From: Thermotoga sp.
GTDB lineage: Bacteria > Thermotogota > Thermotogae > Mesoaciditogales > Mesoaciditogaceae
NCBI GenBank assembly: GCA_020722015.1
Contig: DYLQ01000005.1
Location: forward strand, 8,453 to 72,452
Direction: 5' to 3'
DNA: 64,000 nt
The notes under the pieces were generated by a model. It was not told the DNA's origin. It did no database searches and saw only the letters and a list, made by a program, of their open reading frames with translations. Shown here one piece after another: positions 8,672 through 17,956 of this stretch (its first letter is position 1; each line of letters starts with the position of its first letter). The translations under genes and the position numbers were made by a program.

Positions 8672-10528
8672 TTATTGGGCGGTGTTGACTGCTTTCACAA
8701 ATCCCTGTTCACCGTAAACATTTTGAATTCCACCGAGCGTGTGCGTGTATGCAAATTCAACCTGATCCGGTCTGTAAGCTTCCATAAGATTAGAAGAGTA
8801 TATCACGACGTATGGTACATCATCTTCTAACATTTGCTCAAGTTTAAACGCATATTCACGCGCTTTTGTCATATCGGTCTGGGCTATGAATTCATGAGCC
8901 AATTCTTCGAATGTCGGATCAACATATCCTGGAGAGTTAAATCCGCCGGGAACATTCTGAGACCTGGCGAAAAATTCTTGAATGTAACTCGGGTACACGG
9001 TAATTCCCCATCCGAGCATGTAAATGTCAAAGTTGAAATTTTCATTAAATACCGCGTTGACTATGTTGTTGAAGCTTGTAAGATTGGCATAAAGCGGTAT
9101 TCCTATGTCATTTGCCCACTTCTCAATCCACAACGCTATCGTTGCCCTTATCGGATCGTATCCTGCGGATGGTGCGAGCATCGTTATCTGTTTTATGAGT
9201 TTTCCGTTTGGACCCATCAATCCTTCTCCGCGTTGGACGAGCTGACCGTTCTTCATCTTTGGAGGTATAAGCCATGTAAATCCTGCCTTTTTAAGTTCGT
9301 TTATCGCAGCTTCATATCTTTGAGCGGTGTCCATACCTTCTCCATAATATTTGAGATTTGGGTCGTACCAGAATTTGTTGCCTGGAGGCACCAAAGATGC
9401 GAGAGGTACTATCGATCCAGGAAGAATTTTGTCTGCGAGCATATGTCTGTCTATCAAATAAGCTATGGCAACTCTGAATCCTTTGATGTTCATCGGGTAT
9501 TTTCTCATGTTGAAGGCTATGTAATCAAAGCCGAGATCCTGATTTTGAACGATTTTAACTTTTGGATTTGTTTGAAGTTCCTGAACGAATCCCTTTTCAA
9601 GTCCGTTAGGACTTAACATGTAACCTATCGTACCCTTCATAAGGGCGGCAACAGCCGCTGTCTGATTCTGATAGATGTCGTAGACTATCGAATCGACGTA
9701 AGGGCCTGTTACGAAATCGTGAAGCACAGTGCCCTCTGGAGTGCCGTAGTAGGTTGCATTTATACCAAGTGCCGGATCAACGTACTGAACCGCACCGTTT
9801 GCGTATTCTATTTCGTGTTCGCCTTTAAAAGAGTAATTTTGAATGCCGGTATCTTTGATAAATGCGCCATGTTGCCATTGAGAAACGGTGATCGGGCCTA
9901 TCGACGGCTCGTCGTAGAGATTCGTATCGTAATTCATCATGTACTGTGACGGATTAGATGTTTTAATCGCGGCTTCGTAGACAGGTTTCCAAAAATTCGC
10001 GTTGACGATTGGAGCCATAAGTGTGTCATATATGAATTCTCCGCTTGGTTGTTTAACGTAAAGATCGACTGTATAATCGTTAACCTTCACGGCTTTGAAA
10101 AATTCGTAAGGTGTTGCCGGATAATCTCCTCCCCAGTTTCCGGGAAGTTGAAGTTCATAAGGCACGTTGTAGGAAAAAACGACATCGTTTGCCGTAAACG
10201 GGTCCCCATTTGACCATTTGACACCCTTAAGAAGTTTAACCGTCGTGACGTAAGCGCTCGTTCCATCAAAGGTCGTCTTTTCAAAAGGAGACCACATTCC
10301 GTCTGCAAGACTGGGAACCAACTGGTTAGTAACATCTGACAAACCGTAGAGTGATCCATACTTGTCGATGGCTGGATAGAAATTCCACGAAGTTGCATTT
10401 GGTCCTAACATAGACCAGATGTTAAGAGATGTGATGTCGGAATACATTCCGAAATTCACAACTCCGCCGGCGAGTGCGGCACCAATGAACATCGTGCCAA
10501 TTAATAATAATACAAGTACTGTTTTCAT
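8672..10528 (-). CDS. ABC transporter substrate-binding protein, family 5 (OppA/DppA-like)
   Basis: Signal peptide; GVKWSNGDPFTANDVVFSY, FRVAIAYLIDR, QMLEDDVPYV; GGAGG SD. Confidence 0.88.
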   Translation of the reverse strand: MKTVLVLLLIGTMFIGAALAGGVVNFGMYSDITSLNIWSMLGPNATSWNFYPAIDKYGSLYGLSDVTNQLVPSLADGMWSPFEKTTFDGTSAYVTTVKLLKGVKWSNGDPFTANDVVFSYNVPYELQLPGNWGGDYPATPYEFFKAVKVNDYTVDLYVKQPSGEFIYDTLMAPIVNANFWKPVYEAAIKTSNPSQYMMNYDTNLYDEPSIGPITVSQWQHGAFIKDTGIQNYSFKGEHEIEYANGAVQYVDPALGINATYYGTPEGTVLHDFVTGPYVDSIVYDIYQNQTAAVAALMKGTIGYMLSPNGLEKGFVQELQTNPKVKIVQNQDLGFDYIAFNMRKYPMNIKGFRVAIAYLIDRHMLADKILPGSIVPLASLVPPGNKFWYDPNLKYYGEGMDTAQRYEAAINELKKAGFTWLIPPKMKNGQLVQRGEGLMGPNGKLIKQITMLAPSAGYDPIRATIALWIEKWANDIGIPLYANLTSFNNIVNAVFNENFNFDIYMLGWGITVYPSYIQEFFARSQNVPGGFNSPGYVDPTFEELAHEFIAQTDMTKAREYAFKLEQMLEDDVPYVVIYSSNLMEAYRPDQVEFAYTHTLGGIQNVYGEQGFVKAVNTAQ

Positions 10529-10676
10529 TGCCGAAACCTCCCTTCAAAATGTAAAGATGCGGTAAAAACCGCCATAATAAACGAAATAAACATAAAAAGA
10601 AACAACGGTGTTGTTTACTTTTATTGACACAATTGTTTAATGTTTATTGCTTAAAAGTACCTACAACTTAATTAAT

Positions 10677-10705
10677 ATCTTAACTCTTAACAAATTAGAT
10701 GTCAA
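10677..10705 (-). promoter_or_regulatory. promoter of the SBP gene with an inverted repeat around the -35
   Basis: Minus-strand TTGACA(10705-10700)-N17-TAAGAT(10682-10677); TAACAAAT/ATTTGTTA IR at 10688-10718. Confidence 0.65.
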
Positions 10706-10761
10706 TTAAGATTTGTTATAAAACAGGTAAAGAAAAAATTACAGCCATGATTGAGAGTATA

Positions 10762-11403
10762 TCAGATTTCGATCAAATTTTCTTTTTCTATTTCCATTTT
10801 ACCTATTTCAACGTATCTGAGCGCGATTTTTTCATGCACAGGTATAAAGAGTTTTATCTTTACAGTTTCACCAAAAACGGGAGGGGATGAGTAAAAATAC
10901 CCTGATTTTCTTAATCGATATCTTACTTTGTCGAATTCGTCGTATTCACATTGAATTTCAACGATTCGCCCTTCGAGAAATCTTTTCTTTTTGGCATTTT
11001 CAAGGACATTTTTTGCGGCATATCCGTAAGCGTCGATTAAACCTCTTATGCCGAGTTTTACACCACCGAAGTATCTTGTCACAACCACAACGATTCTGTC
11101 CAGTTGAAAGGATCTTATCATGTTAAGGATGGGCATGCCGGCAGTTCCGGATGGCTCACCGTTATCGGAGGACAATTCAAATTCTCCAATTTTGTAAGCC
11201 CAACAATTGTGGTTTGCATCTTTGAATTCCTTTGAAATTTTAGATATGAATGATTTGGCATCATCTGTGCTTTTGACGTGTTCTGCCGTTGATATGAAGA
11301 TCGATCTCTGAATCGTTACCCGTTCTCTTCTACCTTCGATCGATGTAAATGAACCAAAGCCTATGTTTTCATCCTTCATAGATGATGGGTTTTCTGAAAG
11401 CAT
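10762..11403 (-). CDS. yigZ: YigZ/IMPACT family protein (start may be ATG 11379)
   Basis: ANHNCWAY, SDNGEPSGTAGMPIL, VVVTRYFGGVKLGIRGL. Confidence 0.9.
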   Translation of the reverse strand: MLSENPSSMKDENIGFGSFTSIEGRRERVTIQRSIFISTAEHVKSTDDAKSFISKISKEFKDANHNCWAYKIGEFELSSDNGEPSGTAGMPILNMIRSFQLDRIVVVVTRYFGGVKLGIRGLIDAYGYAAKNVLENAKKKRFLEGRIVEIQCEYDEFDKVRYRLRKSGYFYSSPPVFGETVKIKLFIPVHEKIALRYVEIGKMEIEKENLIEI

Positions 11404-12598
11404 CTTTACAGATGTTGTCCATGGATTTGAAACGAAGTCTATAAAGATTGGAAGTTTTAAGATCGAAGTTTAACTGTTCCTGTGCAAGCGCGATATCAAC
11501 ATTTCTGTTTTGAATTGCACTTTTGAATTCAGAAAGATTTGAAATCAAAGGTATCGAAGATCTGTCAGAAATAAGTCTGAGAATATGGCTTGAATTTTTT
11601 CTGAAACCTAAAAGTCTTAAGTATTGGGGTCCTGATTCGTTTGATCTCGAAATGAATTCTCTGTCAATTTCAAAAATACCGTACATCATCCTTCTTTTTA
11701 TCCTTGTGAAGGTAAAACGTTTTGTCTTGACAATTTTAAGGAAGGATTTTGAATCTTTTGCGTAACATGCAGCCTTAAAGAACCTTTCGGATAGTCCTTC
11801 ATTGAAGCCGTAGATTTTTTCAAGTCCTTCCCTTCTCAAAAGTATGATCTTTGCACGCAAAAGATCAAAAAAATCATCGAAAAAAACTGGTCCTTTCCCA
11901 TTTGCGAATTCTCTTTGAAGTATTTCGGCCGAAAAATAAGGTAAACTTTCAATTTTTTCTCCCTTAGATATCGCTTTCCTTATAGCCGTTGCGCTCGGAA
12001 TTGAGTTTATATTTTCATCGTTGTAATTCGACCCTATTCTTTTTATGATGTGGGGCTTTATTTTAGACCTCAATTTTTTTAAAGCAACGATATATTCTAT
12101 GCCAAGAATGTTATTTGAATATCTCATTTCTTCCGCTTTTTCATCCAACATCTTTGAAATAGCAAGTCTTCTTGCGTTTGGAAAAGATAATCCTGTCTTA
12201 AGTTTTTCTTTGAGTTCGATTTTGAACTCTTCGGATTCTTCAAAGATCAAAGATGCTATTTTTTCAATATTTTCAATGTCATTACTTTCAGAACCAAAAA
12301 CGAGATCGTCCACTACATTTGTGGCATTTATCATTCCAATAGCGCCCTTGGCAAAACCACTTGCATCTTGAATTGCATAAATGGCGGGAAGTTCAAAAAC
12401 CACGTCCACCCCGGCACGCAAAGCCATTTCTGCCCTTGCAAATTTTTCAACGATGGCAGGTTCTCCTCTTTGAACGAAATCACCGCTCATCACCGCAATC
12501 GTGAAATCTGGTTTTACAAGATCGGTTGCGCTTCTTAAATGGTAGAGATGGCCGGCATGAAACGGATTATATTCAACTATGATACCGAGTACTTTCAT
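11369..12598 (-). CDS. tmcAL: tRNA(Met) cytidine acetate ligase (YlbM/UPF0348 HIGH nucleotidyltransferase)
   Basis: GIIVEYNPFHAGHLYHL, MSGDFVQRGEPA, SNNILGIEY, SATAIR. Confidence 0.88.
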   Translation of the reverse strand: MKVLGIIVEYNPFHAGHLYHLRSATDLVKPDFTIAVMSGDFVQRGEPAIVEKFARAEMALRAGVDVVFELPAIYAIQDASGFAKGAIGMINATNVVDDLVFGSESNDIENIEKIASLIFEESEEFKIELKEKLKTGLSFPNARRLAISKMLDEKAEEMRYSNNILGIEYIVALKKLRSKIKPHIIKRIGSNYNDENINSIPSATAIRKAISKGEKIESLPYFSAEILQREFANGKGPVFFDDFFDLLRAKIILLRREGLEKIYGFNEGLSERFFKAACYAKDSKSFLKIVKTKRFTFTRIKRRMMYGIFEIDREFISRSNESGPQYLRLLGFRKNSSHILRLISDRSSIPLISNLSEFKSAIQNRNVDIALAQEQLNFDLKTSNLYRLRFKSMDNICKDAFRKPIIYEG

Positions 12599-13059
12599 GA
12601 TTCACCAACTGCGTATAAAAGATCGAGCATGGAAATGATGGTCATCAAAACTGTGTAAAGAAAGATCAAGAAACCTATCAAGTAAAGGAAAGAATTGTTT
12701 GTCTGAACTCTAAAAAATTCAAATCCAAACCAGTTCATGCCGTAGAATGTCATTTCAAATGTTTCGAAAATTAAGGCCGCAGAGTTTGCTATAACGGCAA
12801 TGGAAGAAAAGAGATAACCTGTATATCCGTCTGTTAGCCTTTTGACATTTGATATTTGAATTGATATGCCTGCAATTATCATTGAAATCAAAATGGCCAA
12901 AAAAAAGCGGGAAAGGTAAATAGTCGTCCCAAAAAACTGATTCATAGAAAGTGACATCGTGACTATCGTCAGGAAAAGTACAAGAATAGTACCTGCGGCA
13001 AAGATCTCGATCTCAGCCGAAAAAAAATTGATAAATGTCCTAAAAGTCCTCAAATTCAA
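12595..13059 (-). CDS. hypothetical membrane protein (about 4 TM helices)
   Basis: Hydrophobic ORF with 4-nt overlaps to both neighbours. Confidence 0.7.
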   Translation of the reverse strand: MNLRTFRTFINFFSAEIEIFAAGTILVLFLTIVTMSLSMNQFFGTTIYLSRFFLAILISMIIAGISIQISNVKRLTDGYTGYLFSSIAVIANSAALIFETFEMTFYGMNWFGFEFFRVQTNNSFLYLIGFLIFLYTVLMTIISMLDLLYAVGES

Positions 13060-13325
13060 AACACCTCGAAATCATTGTATTCATGAATTGGAGATTCTTC
13101 AAACTCAACGGAATCGACTCTTGAAAAAGTAGAACCTTCATACAGATACTTCTCGAATGTCAGCAAGTTTAGTTCATCTCCCTCAGCAACGACTTTGACA
13201 GATCCATCATCGATATTTTCAACGTATCCTTTTATTTCAAGAGCTTTCGCACGGTTGTAAATGAAAGATCTGAAGCCAACACCTTGGACTATTCCCCTTA
13301 TGATGTAAACTTTCGAAATCATCAT
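13056..13325 (-). CDS. acyP: acylphosphatase
   Basis: GIVQGVGFR, GYVENIDDGSVKVVAEG. Confidence 0.93.
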   Translation of the reverse strand: MMISKVYIIRGIVQGVGFRSFIYNRAKALEIKGYVENIDDGSVKVVAEGDELNLLTFEKYLYEGSTFSRVDSVEFEESPIHEYNDFEVF

Positions 13326-14113
13326 AGCTCACCAATTGATTCAAGATATTTGAGAGATCTAAAAGTGCCCATTCCGTCATCGTTATCGGTTACGTAAGTT
13401 GCCAATTTCCCAAGTTTTTCGTTCCCGGGAACCATTGCAAAACTTATCCCGGATTTTTCAAGCAATTCTGCGTCATTTTCTCCATCTCCGAAAGAGATGA
13501 TATCTTTGAAAGAAAAATTCAATTTCTTGGAAATAAATTCAACCGCAGATTTTTTGTTGACACCCTTTTTTACGAACTCAAGATAAACCTTTGAAGAAGT
13601 GAAAATGTCAATGTTTTTATGGATTGTCTGTTTTGCATTTTCCTTTATGAGATTGATTTTATCTGGAGTGTCAAAAGCAAGAATTTTAAATATACATCCC
13701 AATTTAGCAACGTCATCAAGGCTTTGAACAAGTTGGTATTCAATTTCGGCTTGTTGAGAGTAAGCACGAGAAAATTCGTTCTCTTCTTCAACGTAAAGTA
13801 GATCATCGACGTAAATCTGCCTGTGAACTTTTTCCTTTCTTAAGAAATTCAGGACTTCAATTGCATCATCAAAACCGAGACAAAATTCGTAAAAATCATC
13901 GTTAAGATGGATTAAAGATCCATTGTAAGCGATCTCTATACCTGAAAGATCGTTTTTTTTGAGCAATCGATCCATTGACGAGAACATTCTTCCAGACGCG
14001 AATATAACTGTATGTGATTGTGATAGATTTTTAATTAAATCTCTCAATCTTGGATCTATTTGAGAATCAACGACAATTGTTCCATCAAGATCAAAGATGA
14101 GGATCTTTTTCAT
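13322..14113 (-). CDS. Cof-type HAD-IIB hydrolase
   Basis: FDLDGT, ASGR, NKKSA, FGDGENDAELL; ATG 14113 with GAGG SD chosen over the TTG at 14146. Confidence 0.9.
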   Translation of the reverse strand: MKKILIFDLDGTIVVDSQIDPRLRDLIKNLSQSHTVIFASGRMFSSMDRLLKKNDLSGIEIAYNGSLIHLNDDFYEFCLGFDDAIEVLNFLRKEKVHRQIYVDDLLYVEEENEFSRAYSQQAEIEYQLVQSLDDVAKLGCIFKILAFDTPDKINLIKENAKQTIHKNIDIFTSSKVYLEFVKKGVNKKSAVEFISKKLNFSFKDIISFGDGENDAELLEKSGISFAMVPGNEKLGKLATYVTDNDDGMGTFRSLKYLESIGEL

Positions 14114-14184
14114 GAATAGTCGAACCTCTTTTCCGAAAACATTCAAGTATTATTATATCAGTTCAAGTTCAAATGTGAGATACC

Positions 14185-15300
14185 TCAACTTAGATCTGGA
14201 GATTTTTCGAATACAGCGTAAGTTAAACCTATGACAACGCAAAATATTCCAAAGAAAAGATATCCATTTGCCACTCCAAACGTATTCGAAATCCATCCTC
14301 CCAAAATGTATCCGAACATCATGGCAATTCCACTCGTTGTCATCCAAAAAAGCGCGTGAGCATTGGATCTGTGAAATGGATCTATTTTTGAGTTAACGTA
14401 ATAAAAAACTGCGTAATATATGGCTACCCAGTTGAAGAACTCAAAAGCCTGAAGGGCGACAACGATGTATGGGTTCATGATCAAAAAGGTTAAAATCCAT
14501 CTTATGCCGAAGGCAATAGCACCCAATACAAGCATATTTTTTACACCCAATTTTTTTACTATCTTGTCTGACAAAAAGAAAAAGGGTATTTCGGCTAAAG
14601 CCTGAACTGCTATTGATATACCCGCAAATGAAACGGGATATCCTCTTGATTTCATGAAAATCGGCATAAAATAGAGTCCGAATCCGTTCGAAGAGATGAC
14701 AAGGATTTCAAACAAAAGCATTCTGTAAAATTGCGGCGGTAAATTTTTAAAGGAAAATTTTGTTTTTTGACCTGCGTTGTATCCACGAGTTTTAGGTGTT
14801 AAAAATGAAATGATACCTATAAAAGCAAAGGACAGGGAACCTATGAGAAAAAAGATGAAATCATTCGTAACATATCCGAGGATGAACATCACAATTGCAT
14901 ATCCTAACGATCCCATCATCCTAGCCTTACCGAAAGAAAATCCAAATTTATTCGCGTTATAACTTGCCATTGATTCTGCTACGGGTATGATTGATGTCCA
15001 TAAAAATCCTATTGATATGGAAAATATGAAGATCATCCAAAAACCGTTAGAAATGTAGATAAGCCATAGAGACAATGCGGTGACAAATGAGATAAAAGCA
15101 AGAATGTAATTTTTTATTCTTCTATCCGAAATATGCATCCAGAAAGGGTTTGATATCAAGATGATTATAGAAGTAGCACTCCCGAGAATCCCGTTTTGAA
15201 GATCGGAAAAACCGAGTTGGTTGAAATAATTTCCTATGAATGTGAAAAAAGCCATTGGAATATATATTGAAAACTCAAGAAGCCAGAAAGACCAGATCAT
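14185..15300 (-). CDS. MFS transporter (LacY/nucleoside-symporter-like)
   Basis: About 12 TM; FGKARMMGSLG, LAEIPFF; GGAGG SD. Confidence 0.85.
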   Translation of the reverse strand: MIWSFWLLEFSIYIPMAFFTFIGNYFNQLGFSDLQNGILGSATSIIILISNPFWMHISDRRIKNYILAFISFVTALSLWLIYISNGFWMIFIFSISIGFLWTSIIPVAESMASYNANKFGFSFGKARMMGSLGYAIVMFILGYVTNDFIFFLIGSLSFAFIGIISFLTPKTRGYNAGQKTKFSFKNLPPQFYRMLLFEILVISSNGFGLYFMPIFMKSRGYPVSFAGISIAVQALAEIPFFFLSDKIVKKLGVKNMLVLGAIAFGIRWILTFLIMNPYIVVALQAFEFFNWVAIYYAVFYYVNSKIDPFHRSNAHALFWMTTSGIAMMFGYILGGWISNTFGVANGYLFFGIFCVVIGLTYAVFEKSPDLS

Positions 15301-15327
15301 AAAACCTCCATGAAATATTTAAAAAAT

Positions 15328-15658
15328 GAGGAAATGGAACTGTAAGCCGGATTCTGTCTTGGATGATCATCTATCTTGGAAATGTGTTTCCACATTCCTC
15401 TAGCGACCTACCAGAGGGATCGGTGGGCCACCTTATAACCCCTCGACTTGGTCTTGCTTCGGGTGGAGGTTACCAGGCCGACCAGTCACCAGGTCGGCGG
15501 TGAGCTCTTACCTCGCCTTTCCATCCTTGCCCTTTCGGGCGGTTTTCGTTTCTATGGCCCTTTTCAAGGATCACTCCTTCCGGGTGTTACCCGGCACCCT
15601 GCCCTTGGAAGTCCGGACTTTCCTCGGCTTTCACCGCGATCATCCGTTCCATTTCCTC
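15328..15658 (-). ncRNA. rnpB: RNase P RNA (bacterial A-type)
   Basis: Minus strand has GAGGAAAGTCCGG near the 5' end and ACAGAATCCGGCTTAC near the 3' end; complementary termini GAGGAAATGGAAC / GTTCCATTTCCTC form P1. Confidence 0.96.
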
Positions 15659-15661
15659 TTT

Positions 15662-16426
15662 TTATGCGTTAAAAAAATTTTCTTTTTTCAAAATTTTCAT
15701 GAATTCCGGATCATTATGAAACAGCGTTACAGGTGTTACAGACACATACCCTTGCTCAACTGCATGGTAATCAGCCTGCGGATCCCTGTCGTCTTCGATG
15801 ATCTCACCTAACATCCAGTAGTACGTGTTTCCAAAAGGATCTTGCCTGGCCTCAAAAAAATCTCTGAATCTTCTCTTCGATTGATGAGTCAATTTGAATC
15901 CCTTGAGATCATCGTAATCGACCGCCGGAATATTCAAATTTATTGCGGAAAATTTCGGAAAATTGGCAAAATCTATATGTTTTATAAGTTCAACAAGTGC
16001 TTTGGTGGCCGACACAAAATTTGGATTACTTGTCGAACAACTTGAAACCGCTATTGACGGTACTTCCATCATAGCTCCTTCAAGTGCTCCAGAAACTGTT
16101 CCAGAATACATAACATCTGTTCCCAGATTTGCCCCTTTGTTTACACCGCTGACAACGAGATCAACTTTTTTATCACCTAAAATAGCCTGGATCCCGAGTT
16201 TAACACAGTCAGCAGGTGTACCGTTAACGGCATATCCAAAGAACTCATTACCGAACTTAATTTCTTTGGCCCACAAGGGATTTCTTATCGTTATCGCATG
16301 CCCAGTGGCACTTCTTTCAATGTCTGGAGCAACAACGTGAACTTCACCTATTTCCGATAATTTTCTGGCAAGAATTATGATTCCTTCTGACATTATACCA
16401 TCATCATTCGTTATGAGTATTCTCAT
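15662..16426 (-). CDS. surE: 5'/3'-nucleotidase SurE
   Basis: MRILITNDDG, VAPDIERSATG, GTPADCV, SGVNKGANLG, YSGTVSGA; GGAGGTGA SD before ATG 16426. Confidence 0.95.
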   Translation of the reverse strand: MRILITNDDGIMSEGIIILARKLSEIGEVHVVAPDIERSATGHAITIRNPLWAKEIKFGNEFFGYAVNGTPADCVKLGIQAILGDKKVDLVVSGVNKGANLGTDVMYSGTVSGALEGAMMEVPSIAVSSCSTSNPNFVSATKALVELIKHIDFANFPKFSAINLNIPAVDYDDLKGFKLTHQSKRRFRDFFEARQDPFGNTYYWMLGEIIEDDRDPQADYHAVEQGYVSVTPVTLFHNDPEFMKILKKENFFNA

Positions 16427-16461
16427 TAGATCACCTCCAAAATTGTTCATCTATTTTACAA

Positions 16462-16492
16462 TAAAAACCCACTCCTTGACAAGAAGTGGGTA
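16462..16492 (-). terminator. terminator after the tRNA cluster
   Basis: Minus strand ACCCACTTC-ttgtcaa-GGAGTGGGT-TTTTA. Confidence 0.75.
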
Positions 16493-16495
16493 ACG

Positions 16496-16572
16496 TGGCG
16501 CGCCTGACAGGAGTTGAACCCGCAACATTCGGATCCGAAGTCCGACGCTCTATCCAATTGAGCTACAGGCGC
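16496..16572 (-). tRNA. tRNA-Arg(TCG)
   Basis: Cloverleaf GCGCCTG/CAGGCGC, anticodon arm TCGGA-cttcgga-TCCGA, encoded CCA. Confidence 0.95.
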
Positions 16573-16577
16573 AACTT

Positions 16578-16654
16578 TGGGGTGGCTGGTGGGGCTTGAA
16601 CCCACAACATTCGGATCCACAGTCCGACACTCTACCAATTGAGCTACAACCACC
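16578..16654 (-). tRNA. tRNA-His(GTG)
   Basis: Encoded G-1, C73, anticodon arm TCGGA-ctgtgga-TCCGA, CCA. Confidence 0.95.
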
Positions 16655-16660
16655 ACGCTA

Positions 16661-16737
<77 letters not shown>

Positions 16738-16748
16738 TTACGTAAAAA

Positions 16749-16777
16749 ATTATATCACATCGTTTTTTTGATTACAA
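16749..16777 (-). promoter_or_regulatory. promoter of the tRNA cluster
   Basis: Minus strand TTGTAA-N17-TATAAT with TGn extension, just upstream of tRNA-Arg(TCT). Confidence 0.75.
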
Positions 16778-17698
16778 GTTCAGCCTGAACTTTTCCGTTA
16801 AATCTTTGGATATAACCTCATCGATTTCGAACATCGTGAGTTTTGCGTTTACTTCTTCGACGGGAACGGATAACAACATTGAAATTTCTTCTGATGTCTT
16901 TGGTCCATCTTTCAAAATGTCAAGTATCGGATCGGAAAGAGATTTTTGGGCTTTACCCGTTCTTACATAACCAAATTCTTCAAGTATATCCTCCGACGAG
17001 GATACACACTTTGCTCCATGCTTTATCAGATTATTTGTTCCTTCGCTTGTTACGGAAAAAATCGATCCCGGAACGGCAAATACTTCTCTTCCCTCTTCAA
17101 GGGCAAAGCGTGCCGTTATTAGAGAACCGCTCTTGTAAGATGCCTCAACGACGACAACACCCATTGAAAGGCCGGCTATAATTCTGTTCCTTTTTGGGAA
17201 AGTCCATTTATTCGGTTGAGTCCCAAGTGGAAATTCACTTACCAGGCATCCCTTCTCCATGACCTGCTGAAAAAGCGCCCTCTTTGATCTCGGATAAACC
17301 ACATCTATCCCTGTTCCCAAAACACCTACCGTAAAACCGTTTTTAACAGCCTCTTCATGCGCTGCGGAATCTATTCCATGAGCCAAACCACTTACTATAA
17401 CAACACCTGCCTTAGAAAGTTCAGTGGATATCTTCCCAGCAACTGCTCTTCCGTAAGAGGTTGCCATTCTTGATCCGACTATGGCTATTGAAAAATTGTT
17501 CATCACACTGATTTCATTCCCCATGACGTAAAGCAACAAGGGCGGATCACTTATGTGCGAAAGTGCGATTGGATATCTTTCATCCCCGATTGGAATGAGA
17601 TTAACTTTAAGCGCTTCACATCTTCGTATTTCTTCCGTTACCGCTTTTGAATACGGATCTTTGTTCAAGAGTTTAGAAACAGCCTCTTCTATTCTCAT
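16772..17698 (-). CDS. dprA: DNA-processing protein DprA
   Basis: YPIALSHISDPP, AIVGSR, VSGLAHGIDSAAH, FPKRNRIIAGLS, SGSLITA; ATG 17698 chosen from the SD. Confidence 0.93.
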   Translation of the reverse strand: MRIEEAVSKLLNKDPYSKAVTEEIRRCEALKVNLIPIGDERYPIALSHISDPPLLLYVMGNEISVMNNFSIAIVGSRMATSYGRAVAGKISTELSKAGVVIVSGLAHGIDSAAHEEAVKNGFTVGVLGTGIDVVYPRSKRALFQQVMEKGCLVSEFPLGTQPNKWTFPKRNRIIAGLSMGVVVVEASYKSGSLITARFALEEGREVFAVPGSIFSVTSEGTNNLIKHGAKCVSSSEDILEEFGYVRTGKAQKSLSDPILDILKDGPKTSEEISMLLSVPVEEVNAKLTMFEIDEVISKDLTEKFRLNL

Positions 17699-17768
17699 GA
17701 TATCCCCCGTGATTTTCCTCTGTATCGATGATATCACAACAAAGGTTTAAATCAAGCATGAGATGGCT

Positions 17769-17917
17769 TATACTAAATCTTTTTTAAAAGCCGGCATAAT
17801 AAATTCAAATTTGGCAGGTTGCAAGTGGCAGGTGGCTTGTGGTCTTTCATTCTCGACTTGAGGGAACCCTATCTGATAAGGTCAAATGACTTCGTTTTTT
17901 AAAGTTGGTTTAGTATA
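17769..17917. repeat. ~150-bp TATA-bounded element, copy D (conserved arms, diverged core)
   Basis: TATACTAAATCTTTTTTAAAAG left arm and GTCAAATGACTTC...TTTTAAAGTTGGTTTAGTATA right arm match copy B; interior only partly alignable. Confidence 0.8.
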
Positions 17918-17956
17918 TGATATAATTTTGTCAGATTTCGATGCGTGGTGATCTGA

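Noticed and set aside
10624-10652. Plus-strand TTGACA as an antisense promoter
   Set aside because: No acceptable -10 at 16-18 bp
15448-15811. ORFs 15448-15672 and 15500-15811, plus ORFs over tRNAs (16456-16656, 41729-42043)
   Set aside because: They overlap RNase P RNA or tRNA genes and are shadow frames
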